Source of the DNA: an uncultured Candidatus Saccharibacteria bacterium
Lineage (GTDB): Bacteria; Patescibacteriota; Doudnabacteria; UBA920
DNA length: 64,000 nucleotides
Direction: 5' to 3'
NCBI GenBank assembly: GCA_964474825.1
Contig: CAYYWQ010000001.1
Coordinates: 65,420 to 129,419, forward strand
A program made the translations under genes and the position numbers. How positions within the stretch are numbered: position 1 is the stretch's first letter; each line of letters starts with the position of its first letter. Below are positions 46,501 through 55,673 of the stretch, piece by piece. The notes beneath the pieces are model-generated. The model saw nothing but the letters and a program-made list of their open reading frames with translations, had not been told where the DNA came from and ran no database searches.

Positions 46501-49218
46501 AACCGCGACGGCAGTATACAGTCCCGAACTTCCGACGGTTTTGGCAACACCAGGAACCAAGCCTTTTTAAATGGGTTTACAGCTACCCCGCTTGCGAATT
46601 TAAGCCAGTACGGAGTTCCTTATACAGACAAGCATGGCAACCCTATTGGCGGAAAATCCAGTTACAACCCTGACTATTATGTGGACCAGGATACTGCCAC
46701 GGCTTTGGCTAAGGCATTGGGCCTTGAGGCAGTGTTAGTTAGCCCGGGCGGTGGCATGTTTAACATGCCTCCTGAATGGGGCATAAGGCTGCCTAACGGG
46801 GATATAATGTCAGCGGGCTTAACAGCCCACATGTATTTGAATAATCCCGTATCGGCAGACGAGATAGTCCGGCAAATGGTTAAGGCAGCGGGTGGAACTT
46901 TTACGGGAGCTGATTTTGGATCGGGCCGGTTAAATAACGTCAGCTCTACAGGCGCAGGGTCCACAGGATCGGGAACTACAGCTGTGTTACCAACGGGGCA
47001 AACTTTTAGTTTTATAAATGTCACCACAGGCAACAGTTCCATATTTAAAGTCGGCGACACTTGGAGAATGACTGTAAAGGGAGCACCGGATACAGATGTT
47101 TTTGTTGTTACTAGTAAAAATGGAGGCGCATCGGAAACAGTTAAAATAGGAAGGACAGATAAAGTAACGGGCGAATTTACCGTTAGTAAAACAATTGGCG
47201 TGGGCGACGTGGGTAATTGGTCGGAAACTTGGAAAGTCGGGGACGTAACAGTGGCGCAATTTAGCTTTACAGTAACCGCGGCAGCGACCGCTTTGCCTAA
47301 CCCGGCGGAAGTTTCTTTTACTTTTGTAAATAAAACCCATCCCGGCGCTTCGGTGTTTACGGTAGGGGACGAATTTGAAATTACCTTTACCTCTACGCCC
47401 AATACCAAAGTTTACGTAACTACTAACCATAATGGTTTTATTTCCAGCGAAGAAAGAGGAATCACGGGAGTAACTGACGGTAAGTTTGTGACAAGGGGAG
47501 TTATGAAAACCGAGCACATTGGCGATTGGTCGGAAACCTGGAAAGTGGGGGATAAAATAATTTCCTCCTTTACCTTTAAAGTCCAGGCCTCTCCCAGCGC
47601 GGCTGCCGCAGCTTTTACCCTGTCTTCTTCAACAGTGGCTTTGGTGCCCGGGATGAGCTTTAATGTTTCTATCCAAAATGCCGGGACAGAACAATTTACA
47701 GTTACTTCTTCTAACCCAAACGCGGTTAAGGCAACACTTAACGGCGGATCCATTGTTTTAACAGCCGGATCTTTTCCGGGCAATGCCGTAATTACCGTGC
47801 ATCCTAATTCTGCCGGCACCGCTACGGACAAAGACAAAACAATTACGGTTACTGTGGCGACCCCCGGAACAGTGGTTGTTTCCGGGACAGTCAGTTCTTT
47901 GACCCTGTCAAAAACTACTTCCTCTGTTGCTGTTGGATCAACCGACACGGTTATTGCTTTGGTAGCCATGACAACCGGCGCCAACAATGGTAATGTTTCC
48001 GTTACTTCTTCTGACCCGGCAAAAGTTACGGCAAGTGTTAATACCGCAACCGGTGTTATTACCTTGCGAGGAGTAACCGCCGGGACCGCAACAATTACTG
48101 TGCATCCGTTGAACGCCACCGATGCTTCCAAAGACAAAGTTATTGTTGTAACCGTAGCGGGGACAGTTTCTACTGCTCCGGTGGTTTCCCAAATTACCCC
48201 AAATTCCGCAGCGCGGGGAGAACACGGGACATTTGTTATTACCGGACAGAATTTGCAAAATGCCACCCTTTCGTTTGTTAATTCCACAGGCTTAACTCTT
48301 TCCAATGTCCAGGTAAATGCCTCCGGTACACAAATTTCCGCTTCGTTAAGCATCGCAAATACCGCGACTTTGGGACTGAATATTTTAAGGGTTACTACAG
48401 CAACAGGAAGTGCGGATACTACTTTTACGGTGAACGCTGCCGCTGCTTCGACTGCCGATAAAACATCCACCGGAACCGGAGCTAAGGATGACTTGGTTGT
48501 AACCACCACAGGGGGCAGTACCGGAACTCAAGGTACCGGAAGCGGCGGCACAGTAACCTATACTTCTTCCGGGGGAGGAGGAATTGTTGCCGGGGTTACG
48601 CCTTTCTTTACCACCATAAACCCGCCGAATGCAGCGGTGGGACAAAGCTACGGCGCTTACATTCAGGCCGTGAGCAACTACCCAATGACTTTTTCTATTA
48701 TTAATGGCACATTGCCTCCGGGTTTGAGCATGAATGACGCGGGTTATATTAGCGGTACTCCAATGGCTACGGGCAGTTTTACTTTTACCGTTAAAGCGGC
48801 AACTAACCAGGGAGTTATTTCGACTAAACAATTTATTCTTGTTGTGGGCAATGCGGGCAGTGTGTCTTTCTCTTCACAATACGGCGGTGCAGTAGCCGGG
48901 GTCCAAACTTTCCAGGGCCTGCAAATGCCTTCAGGGTATTCGGCTTCCACGGGCGGGTTAAAAATGCCCGCGGGTTATCCGGCTTCCGAGGGAGGATCCG
49001 GCCTTCAAATGCCCGAAGATGTTGGCAGGGACACAGAAAAAAGCGGTAAAAGTTACACAGTTAAAAAAGGCGACACACTTTGGAAGATTGCCAAAGCAAC
49101 TACGGGGGATGGGCGCAATTGGCGTAAAATTTTAGCTGAAAACCCAAAGAGTTTAAGCAGTCCCGGTAATACCAAGACTTTAAAAGTTGGGGCAGTACTA
49201 AGTATCCCGCAAATTTAA
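43543..49218 (+). CDS. Giant secreted/surface protein with internal repeats, Ig-like/IPT domains and a C-terminal LysM
   Basis: His-rich start; extended leader; duplicated modules; LPPGLSM putative-Ig motif; YTVKKGDTLWKIA LysM. Confidence 0.88.
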   Translation: MDKKSPPNHTGHHPPHQKSSHSGHHGHHHSHNNNEAMEQVKISRVKRNKKKITSKEKVLAGLGLGASLIGGAGAVAPKPSQTQIVRSDDSQKTGASGKIKETIKNIFGVGKAKAAELTPEQQAALSILSSGLNPDGTPASQEDLAAANQIYYGQVYNNQSNVAGANAGVQNPADPDAGNNDEPPPANVGNDTQTPPATGVDLTGLTTVKDINESRTGTVNVNGVPTQLSVIGSDGRIFDNEGHEVTGNFSATELDAIRAAFNNDSNLANTGGGGTDGGGSGAGTGNDDQGAATTRIDTTGGRSVHQVYQNNQWVDAPEVGDTFIDSEGKTHRNVGSANGSPYWIVEGQETGDGTQEGEVRSTQEGGFLAYHNGDWTQPRPGDKFTDGSGLIYTFSQTLTAPGSWVLDDGQHTTDGQGIPLVSVGGVWQPVGQENNNQTPPGAAVIPAGLTVEDDINNSKKGTVSINGESTVINVTLDPYGSYHVYNDKGEEITSTIANVNDLGRAFFATDDNGGDETAHEGDVKSEGGLDYIYHNNQWVLKDGNVKIENGRHYHTEGGVWVEDQAEGEQPHEGESRSADGGIVVYHIDSNGNGQWTAPRSGDKFTDGSGFTYTFEKVLTEPGSWVMDNGQHTTNAAGEQLESQGGKWVVTGTVVLPSAVTIPTGLTLKDDVNNSKQGTVSIRGVNTVVNVTRDSDGNYHVYNEKGEEITSTITNLEELGNAFFRSGDGGGASGINLTGLRTTPDINRSRTGVIKINGVNTTLSMLSDGRIFDDRGQEITDTFSESDLAAIRAAFADDANLASVAREGDVRDDADGFHYTYHGTQWVLNDGQERTRNTFKERSLGGAWVLVDGQSATRDGFRYISRGGSFVLVDGQTKTENGKGYHTAGGVWVEDGAAGVSPEQAKINAAGASLSRGSLTPEAIQLGIKDMAEANSIYYTFYAQQQKSEMVTSGESPVDANGNVRTAAGWKQMGDGIYYNTKTGITSNRDGSIQSRTSDGFGNTRNQAFLNGFTATPLANLSQYGVPYTDKHGNPIGGKSSYNPDYYVDQDTATALAKALGLEAVLVSPGGGMFNMPPEWGIRLPNGDIMSAGLTAHMYLNNPVSADEIVRQMVKAAGGTFTGADFGSGRLNNVSSTGAGSTGSGTTAVLPTGQTFSFINVTTGNSSIFKVGDTWRMTVKGAPDTDVFVVTSKNGGASETVKIGRTDKVTGEFTVSKTIGVGDVGNWSETWKVGDVTVAQFSFTVTAAATALPNPAEVSFTFVNKTHPGASVFTVGDEFEITFTSTPNTKVYVTTNHNGFISSEERGITGVTDGKFVTRGVMKTEHIGDWSETWKVGDKIISSFTFKVQASPSAAAAAFTLSSSTVALVPGMSFNVSIQNAGTEQFTVTSSNPNAVKATLNGGSIVLTAGSFPGNAVITVHPNSAGTATDKDKTITVTVATPGTVVVSGTVSSLTLSKTTSSVAVGSTDTVIALVAMTTGANNGNVSVTSSDPAKVTASVNTATGVITLRGVTAGTATITVHPLNATDASKDKVIVVTVAGTVSTAPVVSQITPNSAARGEHGTFVITGQNLQNATLSFVNSTGLTLSNVQVNASGTQISASLSIANTATLGLNILRVTTATGSADTTFTVNAAAASTADKTSTGTGAKDDLVVTTTGGSTGTQGTGSGGTVTYTSSGGGGIVAGVTPFFTTINPPNAAVGQSYGAYIQAVSNYPMTFSIINGTLPPGLSMNDAGYISGTPMATGSFTFTVKAATNQGVISTKQFILVVGNAGSVSFSSQYGGAVAGVQTFQGLQMPSGYSASTGGLKMPAGYPASEGGSGLQMPEDVGRDTEKSGKSYTVKKGDTLWKIAKATTGDGRNWRKILAENPKSLSSPGNTKTLKVGAVLSIPQI

Positions 49219-49317
49219 GAGCATAAACTAACTAGCGGACCTAAAATTAGGTTTGAAAGTTTTAGCTTTGGCGACCGTGTGCTATAATAAAAACCAACGT
49301 AATTAATTTATAGACAA

Positions 49318-50136
49318 ATGAATCACACACATCATCATGCAGTAAAAGATCCGGAGGCCGGCACAACCGCGGAATATTGCGCGGAATGCGAAAGAGATTC
49401 AGGCTCCTCTTACTTTGTTCCCGGGGCGGTTTTGGTTGGCGCAATATTAATTTCCCTGAGCATTTTCTTTAGCGGAAAAATGGTGGTTGGCAAGCTGGAA
49501 AACAGCGTGGCCGCAGCGCCGAGCCAACCCGTTGCTCTAGGACAACCCCAGCAAGCCGCGCCTCAACAGCCCACAGGCCCGGTAAATGTCGCGGCGCGCA
49601 GCGACCAGCCAACTTTGGGAAACAAAAGCGCTAAAGTTACTATTGTAGAATTTGCTGATTTCCAATGCCCGTTCTGCAAAAAATATTTCGATGAAACCTT
49701 TGCCCAAATTAAGTCTAAGTATATAGAAACCGGCAAGGTTAAGTATGTTTACCGACACTATCCATTGCCTTTCCATGTTAATGCCCAAGTTGCCGCTGTG
49801 GCCGCCGAGTGCGCGAACCAGCAGGGGAAATTTTGGGAATATCACGACGTGTTATTTAAAAACGGCCAGGCCGACGGCACCGGTTTAGACAAGGCGAGTT
49901 TGGAAAAATACGCCTCTGACATGGGTTTAAATAACGGCACTTTGGGTTTTGGTAAAAATAAATTTAACCAGTGTGTGGACGGTAACGCGACTTTGTCTAT
50001 AGTGCAGGCTGACAATACCGAAGGCAGCAAAGACGGCGTAAGCGGTACCCCGAGCTTCTTTATTAACGGTCAACTTTTAGTAGGCGCCCAGCCTTACAGT
50101 GCGTTTGAACAAGCTATAGAAGCGGCGCTTAAGTAA
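49318..50136 (+). CDS. DsbA/BdbD-like thioredoxin-fold protein
   Basis: FADFQCPFC and GVSGTPSFFING motifs; TM anchor. Confidence 0.93.
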   Translation: MNHTHHHAVKDPEAGTTAEYCAECERDSGSSYFVPGAVLVGAILISLSIFFSGKMVVGKLENSVAAAPSQPVALGQPQQAAPQQPTGPVNVAARSDQPTLGNKSAKVTIVEFADFQCPFCKKYFDETFAQIKSKYIETGKVKYVYRHYPLPFHVNAQVAAVAAECANQQGKFWEYHDVLFKNGQADGTGLDKASLEKYASDMGLNNGTLGFGKNKFNQCVDGNATLSIVQADNTEGSKDGVSGTPSFFINGQLLVGAQPYSAFEQAIEAALK

Positions 50137-50170
50137 TAAGAAGATTAAGACCTGCCCGCAGGCAGGAATA

Positions 50171-50205
50171 AAAAATGGATGACCCAAGCGGTCATCCATT
50201 TTTTT
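50171..50205. terminator. Bidirectional intrinsic terminator
   Basis: AAAAAATGGATGACC-CAAGC-GGTCATCCATTTTTT between convergent genes. Confidence 0.8.
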
Positions 50206-52273
50206 AATATATTTTGTAGAGTATTTTATTTCCTTGTTGGAATACCGCAAGTCCTAATTGACTGAACTTTTCTTCCTGTAAAAGCGGGTATGCTTCGTGT
50301 TCCAGGGAGCCAATGTAAACATATTTTGCGTTAAATTCTTTTAACAGGTTTTTTGCCACCGCCAGATCCTTTGTTTCGTAAAGCAATTTAACTTTGTCGG
50401 CAGTTCCGGCTACCGCGCCGTAGCCGGTTTCCAGCTGCATACCCGGTTTAATTTTTACGCCTTTAGGCAGGGTAAAGCGCCATGTCCATTCATGACTTTT
50501 CCAGTTAATGGGACTTATGGTGCCGGCAAAAACCGCAAAGCGTCCGTAATCTGAGTAACTGTCGCCAACTGCTTCCACCAAAACCACCGGTTGTTTTTGG
50601 TTTTGTTGCAGCCATTTTATGGCCGCAAAATCCTCGGGCGCAATCTTCTCCATGTAATCCAAGCCGTCTAAGGTCCCTTTGGGAGAAGGATCGTCAACGT
50701 AAAATTGCTCAACAGCCTGATAAGGGTAGTACAGGCCGGACAAAAAAGCTAAAAACAAAATAACAATAATAAAATTTCTTAAAGCGCGGGAACCGGAGCT
50801 TAAAATGTCCGGCCGCATAAACAGACTTTTGGCAAATATCATGGAAGCTAAAACCAAAAGTGTCCAGGTATGGAAGCCAAATTTAAACACTGTGTTGGCG
50901 CGGAAGAATGGGGGATTGGCCAAAAAATAAATATCTTTAACAAAAAATAATTCCACGGCCACCAATAAAATTAAAGCGGTAATAGTTAAAATTTTGGCAA
51001 AACTTTGTTTTTCCGCCACGCGTTTTTTCCCGGCAATCCAGGCTAAAATAATAATCCCTAAAAACGCCCCCCACATCCCCAGCCAGCCCAAGATTGGGGA
51101 AGGGAATTGGTAGCCGTGGAGTAATTTATTTTGAGCGGCAAAAGCCGGCGCAAAACCAAAACCCGGGGAGCCGCTTTGGAAACTTTGGAGGAAAGGAGAT
51201 ATTAATATTACTGCCGCCGTGCCCGAAGCCGCAGCGCCAACAATTACCCACTTCGCGGATTTAACAGATTCAATTAAAGAAGGTTTGGAACCGTAAACTT
51301 TGGCAAAAACCAAAACGCCGGTTAAAATCGCAAGGGTTACAAAATCCCAGGGATTTATTAGGGCTTCGGTGGCATAAGTTAAAGTTAAGGCTGCAAGTAA
51401 AGTTTTGGAAGGTTTTTCAGATTCGTAAAAAGCATAAAGCAGGCACACGGCGGTTAAAAAGAAGATCAACGCTAAAAGGTGGGCGTGCAAATCGCCAACT
51501 GTAAAACTGTAGGACGGGATTTCGTTAATAATGTAAGATGGTGTGTAGAGCCTGGTAGAACTGGCATAACTGCAAATGGAGTCGGAGGTCATTACGCAAA
51601 CGCTGTAAGCCATTGTTCCGGAAATTGTAACAAAAAATCCGGCAAGGACGGAAAAGAATTTTGATTTGGAAACTTCATAAGTTAAAAGGCCACTAAGCAT
51701 TGCGGCAGTGGAAAAAATAATACCTAAAGTAAAATTGTAAGCTAGGCTATAGGTGTTGCGGGAAAGGTTTGCCAGCAAAGAAAAAAGATAGTGTCCGTAA
51801 TAATAGTAGTTTACGGTTTTGCCTGCCCACCAGCCGTCTTGCGGAGGGAAGTAATTGGCATGGCCGGAAGCGTTAAAAAGCATCATGTCCATAAACCGTT
51901 CCGTGCCGGAAATGGCCGGGTGGTAGCTGCGAACCCATAAGTACAGGAAATATAAAATAAGCCACAAGGCTTCAATTTTTAAAATAGATTTAATTGGGAA
52001 TGTGTAACCGCCATTTTTAAAAATTAAGTAAGCAGATCCGGCAAGGGTAAGTAAAAATAAAACAGAAATTATCCCAATTTTTTGGAAATCTAGGATTTTT
52101 AAGGAACCAAGAAGCCAGATAAAATAGCCAAAAATTAAAAAGCCCAGCGGCTTGGCTACGGCATAGGCTAAGGAAAAATTTTTAAATAATTTACGCGTTA
52201 AAAGCAGCCCCGGCAGGGTAAAGAGGGAAAAACAGGCGTAAAATAGAAAAGCCAGTAAAAGTTGGTAAAGCAT
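50204..52273 (-). CDS. DUF2298 / YYY polytopic membrane protein (GT-C-like)
   Basis: TERFMD, NYYYYGH, INEIP, GDLHAH and NTVFKF motifs. Confidence 0.88.
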   Translation of the reverse strand: MLYQLLLAFLFYACFSLFTLPGLLLTRKLFKNFSLAYAVAKPLGFLIFGYFIWLLGSLKILDFQKIGIISVLFLLTLAGSAYLIFKNGGYTFPIKSILKIEALWLILYFLYLWVRSYHPAISGTERFMDMMLFNASGHANYFPPQDGWWAGKTVNYYYYGHYLFSLLANLSRNTYSLAYNFTLGIIFSTAAMLSGLLTYEVSKSKFFSVLAGFFVTISGTMAYSVCVMTSDSICSYASSTRLYTPSYIINEIPSYSFTVGDLHAHLLALIFFLTAVCLLYAFYESEKPSKTLLAALTLTYATEALINPWDFVTLAILTGVLVFAKVYGSKPSLIESVKSAKWVIVGAAASGTAAVILISPFLQSFQSGSPGFGFAPAFAAQNKLLHGYQFPSPILGWLGMWGAFLGIIILAWIAGKKRVAEKQSFAKILTITALILLVAVELFFVKDIYFLANPPFFRANTVFKFGFHTWTLLVLASMIFAKSLFMRPDILSSGSRALRNFIIVILFLAFLSGLYYPYQAVEQFYVDDPSPKGTLDGLDYMEKIAPEDFAAIKWLQQNQKQPVVLVEAVGDSYSDYGRFAVFAGTISPINWKSHEWTWRFTLPKGVKIKPGMQLETGYGAVAGTADKVKLLYETKDLAVAKNLLKEFNAKYVYIGSLEHEAYPLLQEEKFSQLGLAVFQQGNKILYKIY

Positions 52274-52401
52274 AGGAGGTTTTGGTTGCTCCAGTTATTT
52301 TATCATATTTTAAAAGAAAATTGGCAAGATTTTAAGTTTTGACTTTGGGTTTAGGGGTGGTATAATTAAAGTAATATAAATATTTTACAGAAACAAACAA
52401 T

Positions 52402-52914
52402 ATGGATAACAACATTCCAGTAACAAGCGCCCCAGTGCCGAGTGGAAATAAAAATTATATAATAGTAGGCATTGTTGTTTTGGTTTTGCTGGCAGCGGGC
52501 GTTGTGGTAGCTTTAAAGTTAAAAAATAAAAACAAGCCTGCTGAGCAGCAGACCCAAAACGAGCCTCAGGCAATCATAAATAGGCAAGAGGTTCCCAAAA
52601 CCGAGAGGCCGGCAAATGTACCCAAGGATATTCCGGTGGAAAAATCCGCGGAAATTACCGCCAACAACAACATTGAGTTTAACGGGATTAAGGAAGGTCA
52701 GACCCAGTACACCAGTAACAAAACTTTGGCGGAAAATTATAAAACCTATATGGATTATTTGGCCAAAAATAATTGGGAAATTGTTTCCAATATGGATACT
52801 GAAAATTTTAAGGCAATAACCGCCAGAAAAAATGGAGAAACTTTTAGCGGAATATTTGACTTAAATAGTACCACCGGAAAAGTAAACGTAAATATTATGG
52901 TAGAGAGTAAATAA
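52402..52914 (+). CDS. Membrane-anchored hypothetical protein, paralog of 55941..56489
   Basis: TM segment; SNKTLAENYKTYMDYLAKNNWEI. Confidence 0.8.
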   Translation: MDNNIPVTSAPVPSGNKNYIIVGIVVLVLLAAGVVVALKLKNKNKPAEQQTQNEPQAIINRQEVPKTERPANVPKDIPVEKSAEITANNNIEFNGIKEGQTQYTSNKTLAENYKTYMDYLAKNNWEIVSNMDTENFKAITARKNGETFSGIFDLNSTTGKVNVNIMVESK

Positions 52915-53146
52915 TTTTTTCCAATAAAAAATCCCCTTCAAATTTTGAAGGGGATTTTTATATTTTAGGTTGTGGCATTTTGGTTGGTTAATTATTTAGA
53001 GAGAGGGTGGGGGAAGGTAGAGGCTAATACTCTAAACTCCTTCCCCCCGTGACAACTACGTCCAATCCCCGTACTTACGGGAAGCGGACGAAAAACATAC
53101 AAATGAGAAAGGTCGTGTGGGACGCTGTGGTCCCCAGTGGAAAAGG

Positions 53147-55411
53147 TCATGCTTGACCCTCCTCCACCGGTGGCGGATCGGCCGGCGGCGGTTCCGCGGG
53201 CGGATCGCTGGGTTGCGGTGTCGGTTCCGGTTCCGGGTTAGGCTCCGGTGTTGGAGCTGGTGACGGATTCGGATTTGGATCTGGTCCTGGTTGGGGTGGC
53301 TCTTGTCCTGCTGTATCACCCGGTGGCGGAGCCACCAAGGTCAGCTTAATCCATCCGCTGGACTTGCCGTCCGCACGAACCACACGCAGCCAGAGATCTC
53401 CTGGTGCCGGGTAATCCGCAGGGAGAGGTAAAAACATGGACTTGGTGTCGTTGAATGTTGCTGTCCACTTGGTGTGGTCCGCTAATTCAACAACGGCGCA
53501 TTCTGCCGAACAGCCAGGAGTTGTCAGGAAGTTTCCAAGGATCTGGAAAGTAACTCCGGGCCATAGCTCCGAGCGTTCGGGCTTTTCGGCATTTACCACC
53601 GATCCGATCTCGGGCGGAGGTTGGACAACCTCAACCTGAATCGGTCCTGCCGAGGCGGTGTTACCGCGAGCGGAAGCACGGACAGTGAAGCTGCCGTTTT
53701 CCATGGGCGTAAAACTAACACATTTGTCGCTGACGCTGTCAGCGGCACCGAAATCCCGGATGTCTCCGGAAATCCCGGCCCACGTAATGACCCACGTGGA
53801 GGGTTGTTCGCTGGTAGTGAAGCAAGCCGCAGTAGGCTTACCTAAGTCCAGCGAAGTCGGCGTCACCGTGAACTTGGTCACGGCAATAGGTCCTGGGGCA
53901 TTGGTCACGGTGATGTTGAGCGGCAGACTCCACGCAACACCTGTGTTGCGGTTGGTGGAATACGTCTGAAGCTCATAGTTACCAGCCTTGGGAACGTTGA
54001 CAACAGCGTCGTCGCTCCGAAGGATCTGGTTGGATTCGTACCCGGTTGCCTTAGTGTAGAGGACAGTGGTCCAGTCTACACCGAAACATCCGGCGCACCT
54101 TAGCGAGATAGGAGATCCCGCAAAGAAAGGTGCCTTCGTGGTCAGTTCAAGCAGGGGCTTGGGAAATACCAGCGGAACAGTCCCGCCGCCTTCCTTTGCT
54201 CCAGTTGCGTAAACCGTTCCGGCGTCGTCCATGTAAATGGAGCCGGCAACGATACCGTTGAGTTTGAACTTCGCCGTAACATCACCGGGTAAAACCAAAT
54301 TATACGTCTGGCCTCCGGTTTCCTTCAGGATCAGCTTGCCCGGTCCTGGAGGATCAAAGGATGTTGGGAACGTGAGGAAGGCGATTCCGGCGGCGCTAGT
54401 CGCTGCCGAAGATGCTTTGAGGTTTTGTGCTCCCGAGGTACCTCGAGCTACGAGGGTAAGCTTGAGGGTGACGGGATCCAGAACTGCGAGTGCGTTGGCA
54501 TCAAACCTTGAAGAGCTGATTGCTATAGCTCCGTTCGGTCCTGCTGACAAATAGCAGCACTCTACCGAGTCCTGGAACAGAAAGTCGGTCGCCGAGGTTA
54601 CAGCTAAGCGCGCACCGCCTGCGAGTCCGACAACGTAGACGTTGTCGTGATTCAGAGCAGCACTAGTTGTAACTGCAAAGTAGTCGCCGGTGGCAACTAC
54701 GTCTTTTATAACCAGACCTAGAGACCAAGGCGTTACATCAGCGATCTCACCACCTTCTGGGGGGATTTGAAAAATCCGCCAGTTGCCTTGGAGGTAACAG
54801 CTCGTATAGAGCTTGCCGTCCTTGGCAAGATTGACTGTGGTGAATTGCGCCGGGATGCCCAGGGTTTTAACTATGGTTTCTTCGCGCAGCTTGAAAGGAA
54901 AGAGCTGGCGATTGTTGAGGGGGGAAAACACCCTTAGATCAGCTGTAGACACTGTGAAGATCGTGTCATCAAGCCACCCGAATTGTGGAGATCCTGTGAC
55001 GTCGCTGATTGTGGAGACTGCCACATAGCGGTCGTCAACAGAGAGGTTGCCCATGAACGGATCGACATAACTTGCCGGCCCTACATGGTAAAACAACAGT
55101 TTGCCGCGCCGTTGACCTGGATTTGGTAGGCCAGCTTTTGCGGCCAACTCTTCCATGGTTCCGACATATTGCATCGAGGAATCAATCCCTTTGCGGAGCA
55201 CGTAGAGGGAGTGCTCTCCCGTAGCGGTACCCAGCACACAAGCCCTGGTAAGGCGTGTTGATGAGCTCCTGCATTGAAAGGCTGCAGGAAGGCCGTCTAA
55301 AGCAGTATCGACCGAGACGAATCGCCCCGGAACGATACCGACTTGTTGTGACCAAGCGTTACCACTAAAAAGCAGTAGTAACACTAAAAGAGATGCAAGT
55401 TTGAGCTGCAT
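53147..55411 (-). CDS. GC-rich secreted protein: beta-rich N-terminus, Ig/IPT-like domain resembling the Solibacter-type C-terminal domain, Pro-rich tail
   Basis: Signal peptide; GGAGGTG SD; PPEIGSVVNA..LWPG..ILG.FL motif; P-rich tail; codon usage unlike neighbours. Confidence 0.8.
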   Translation of the reverse strand: MQLKLASLLVLLLLFSGNAWSQQVGIVPGRFVSVDTALDGLPAAFQCRSSSTRLTRACVLGTATGEHSLYVLRKGIDSSMQYVGTMEELAAKAGLPNPGQRRGKLLFYHVGPASYVDPFMGNLSVDDRYVAVSTISDVTGSPQFGWLDDTIFTVSTADLRVFSPLNNRQLFPFKLREETIVKTLGIPAQFTTVNLAKDGKLYTSCYLQGNWRIFQIPPEGGEIADVTPWSLGLVIKDVVATGDYFAVTTSAALNHDNVYVVGLAGGARLAVTSATDFLFQDSVECCYLSAGPNGAIAISSSRFDANALAVLDPVTLKLTLVARGTSGAQNLKASSAATSAAGIAFLTFPTSFDPPGPGKLILKETGGQTYNLVLPGDVTAKFKLNGIVAGSIYMDDAGTVYATGAKEGGGTVPLVFPKPLLELTTKAPFFAGSPISLRCAGCFGVDWTTVLYTKATGYESNQILRSDDAVVNVPKAGNYELQTYSTNRNTGVAWSLPLNITVTNAPGPIAVTKFTVTPTSLDLGKPTAACFTTSEQPSTWVITWAGISGDIRDFGAADSVSDKCVSFTPMENGSFTVRASARGNTASAGPIQVEVVQPPPEIGSVVNAEKPERSELWPGVTFQILGNFLTTPGCSAECAVVELADHTKWTATFNDTKSMFLPLPADYPAPGDLWLRVVRADGKSSGWIKLTLVAPPPGDTAGQEPPQPGPDPNPNPSPAPTPEPNPEPEPTPQPSDPPAEPPPADPPPVEEGQA

Positions 55412-55673
55412 CTTTCACCTCCGGGGAAGAGGGATCAAGGTTGATCCAACCTTTCCCGGAGGTGAAATGAAAACACTAAAACACATTACTAAACACGACA
55501 AAAATCGAGATTTGTTATCTCGTTTCTCATTTGTATTTCCTCCATTATTCTCACAAGGTTTTCATTTCTCGAGCCTTTCCGGCCGGAAAGGCTCGAGAAT
55601 ACACACGCTAAAATCAGCCCCCGCTGATTTGTATTCACGTGATTGTATACAAACCAGCCATTGGGACTAAAGT

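Noticed and set aside
44100-47580. Imperfect direct repeats as a DGR template/variable pair or CRISPR array
   Set aside because: They are in-frame domain duplications with differences not restricted to adenines; no RT or cas gene and no regular repeat-spacer pattern
46677-48509. Long antisense ORFs (243 and 365 aa)
   Set aside because: Shadow frames of the Thr/Val/Gly-rich giant protein
53056-53319. 87-aa Arg-rich ORF
   Set aside because: Alternative frame of the Pro-rich tail of the 754-aa gene
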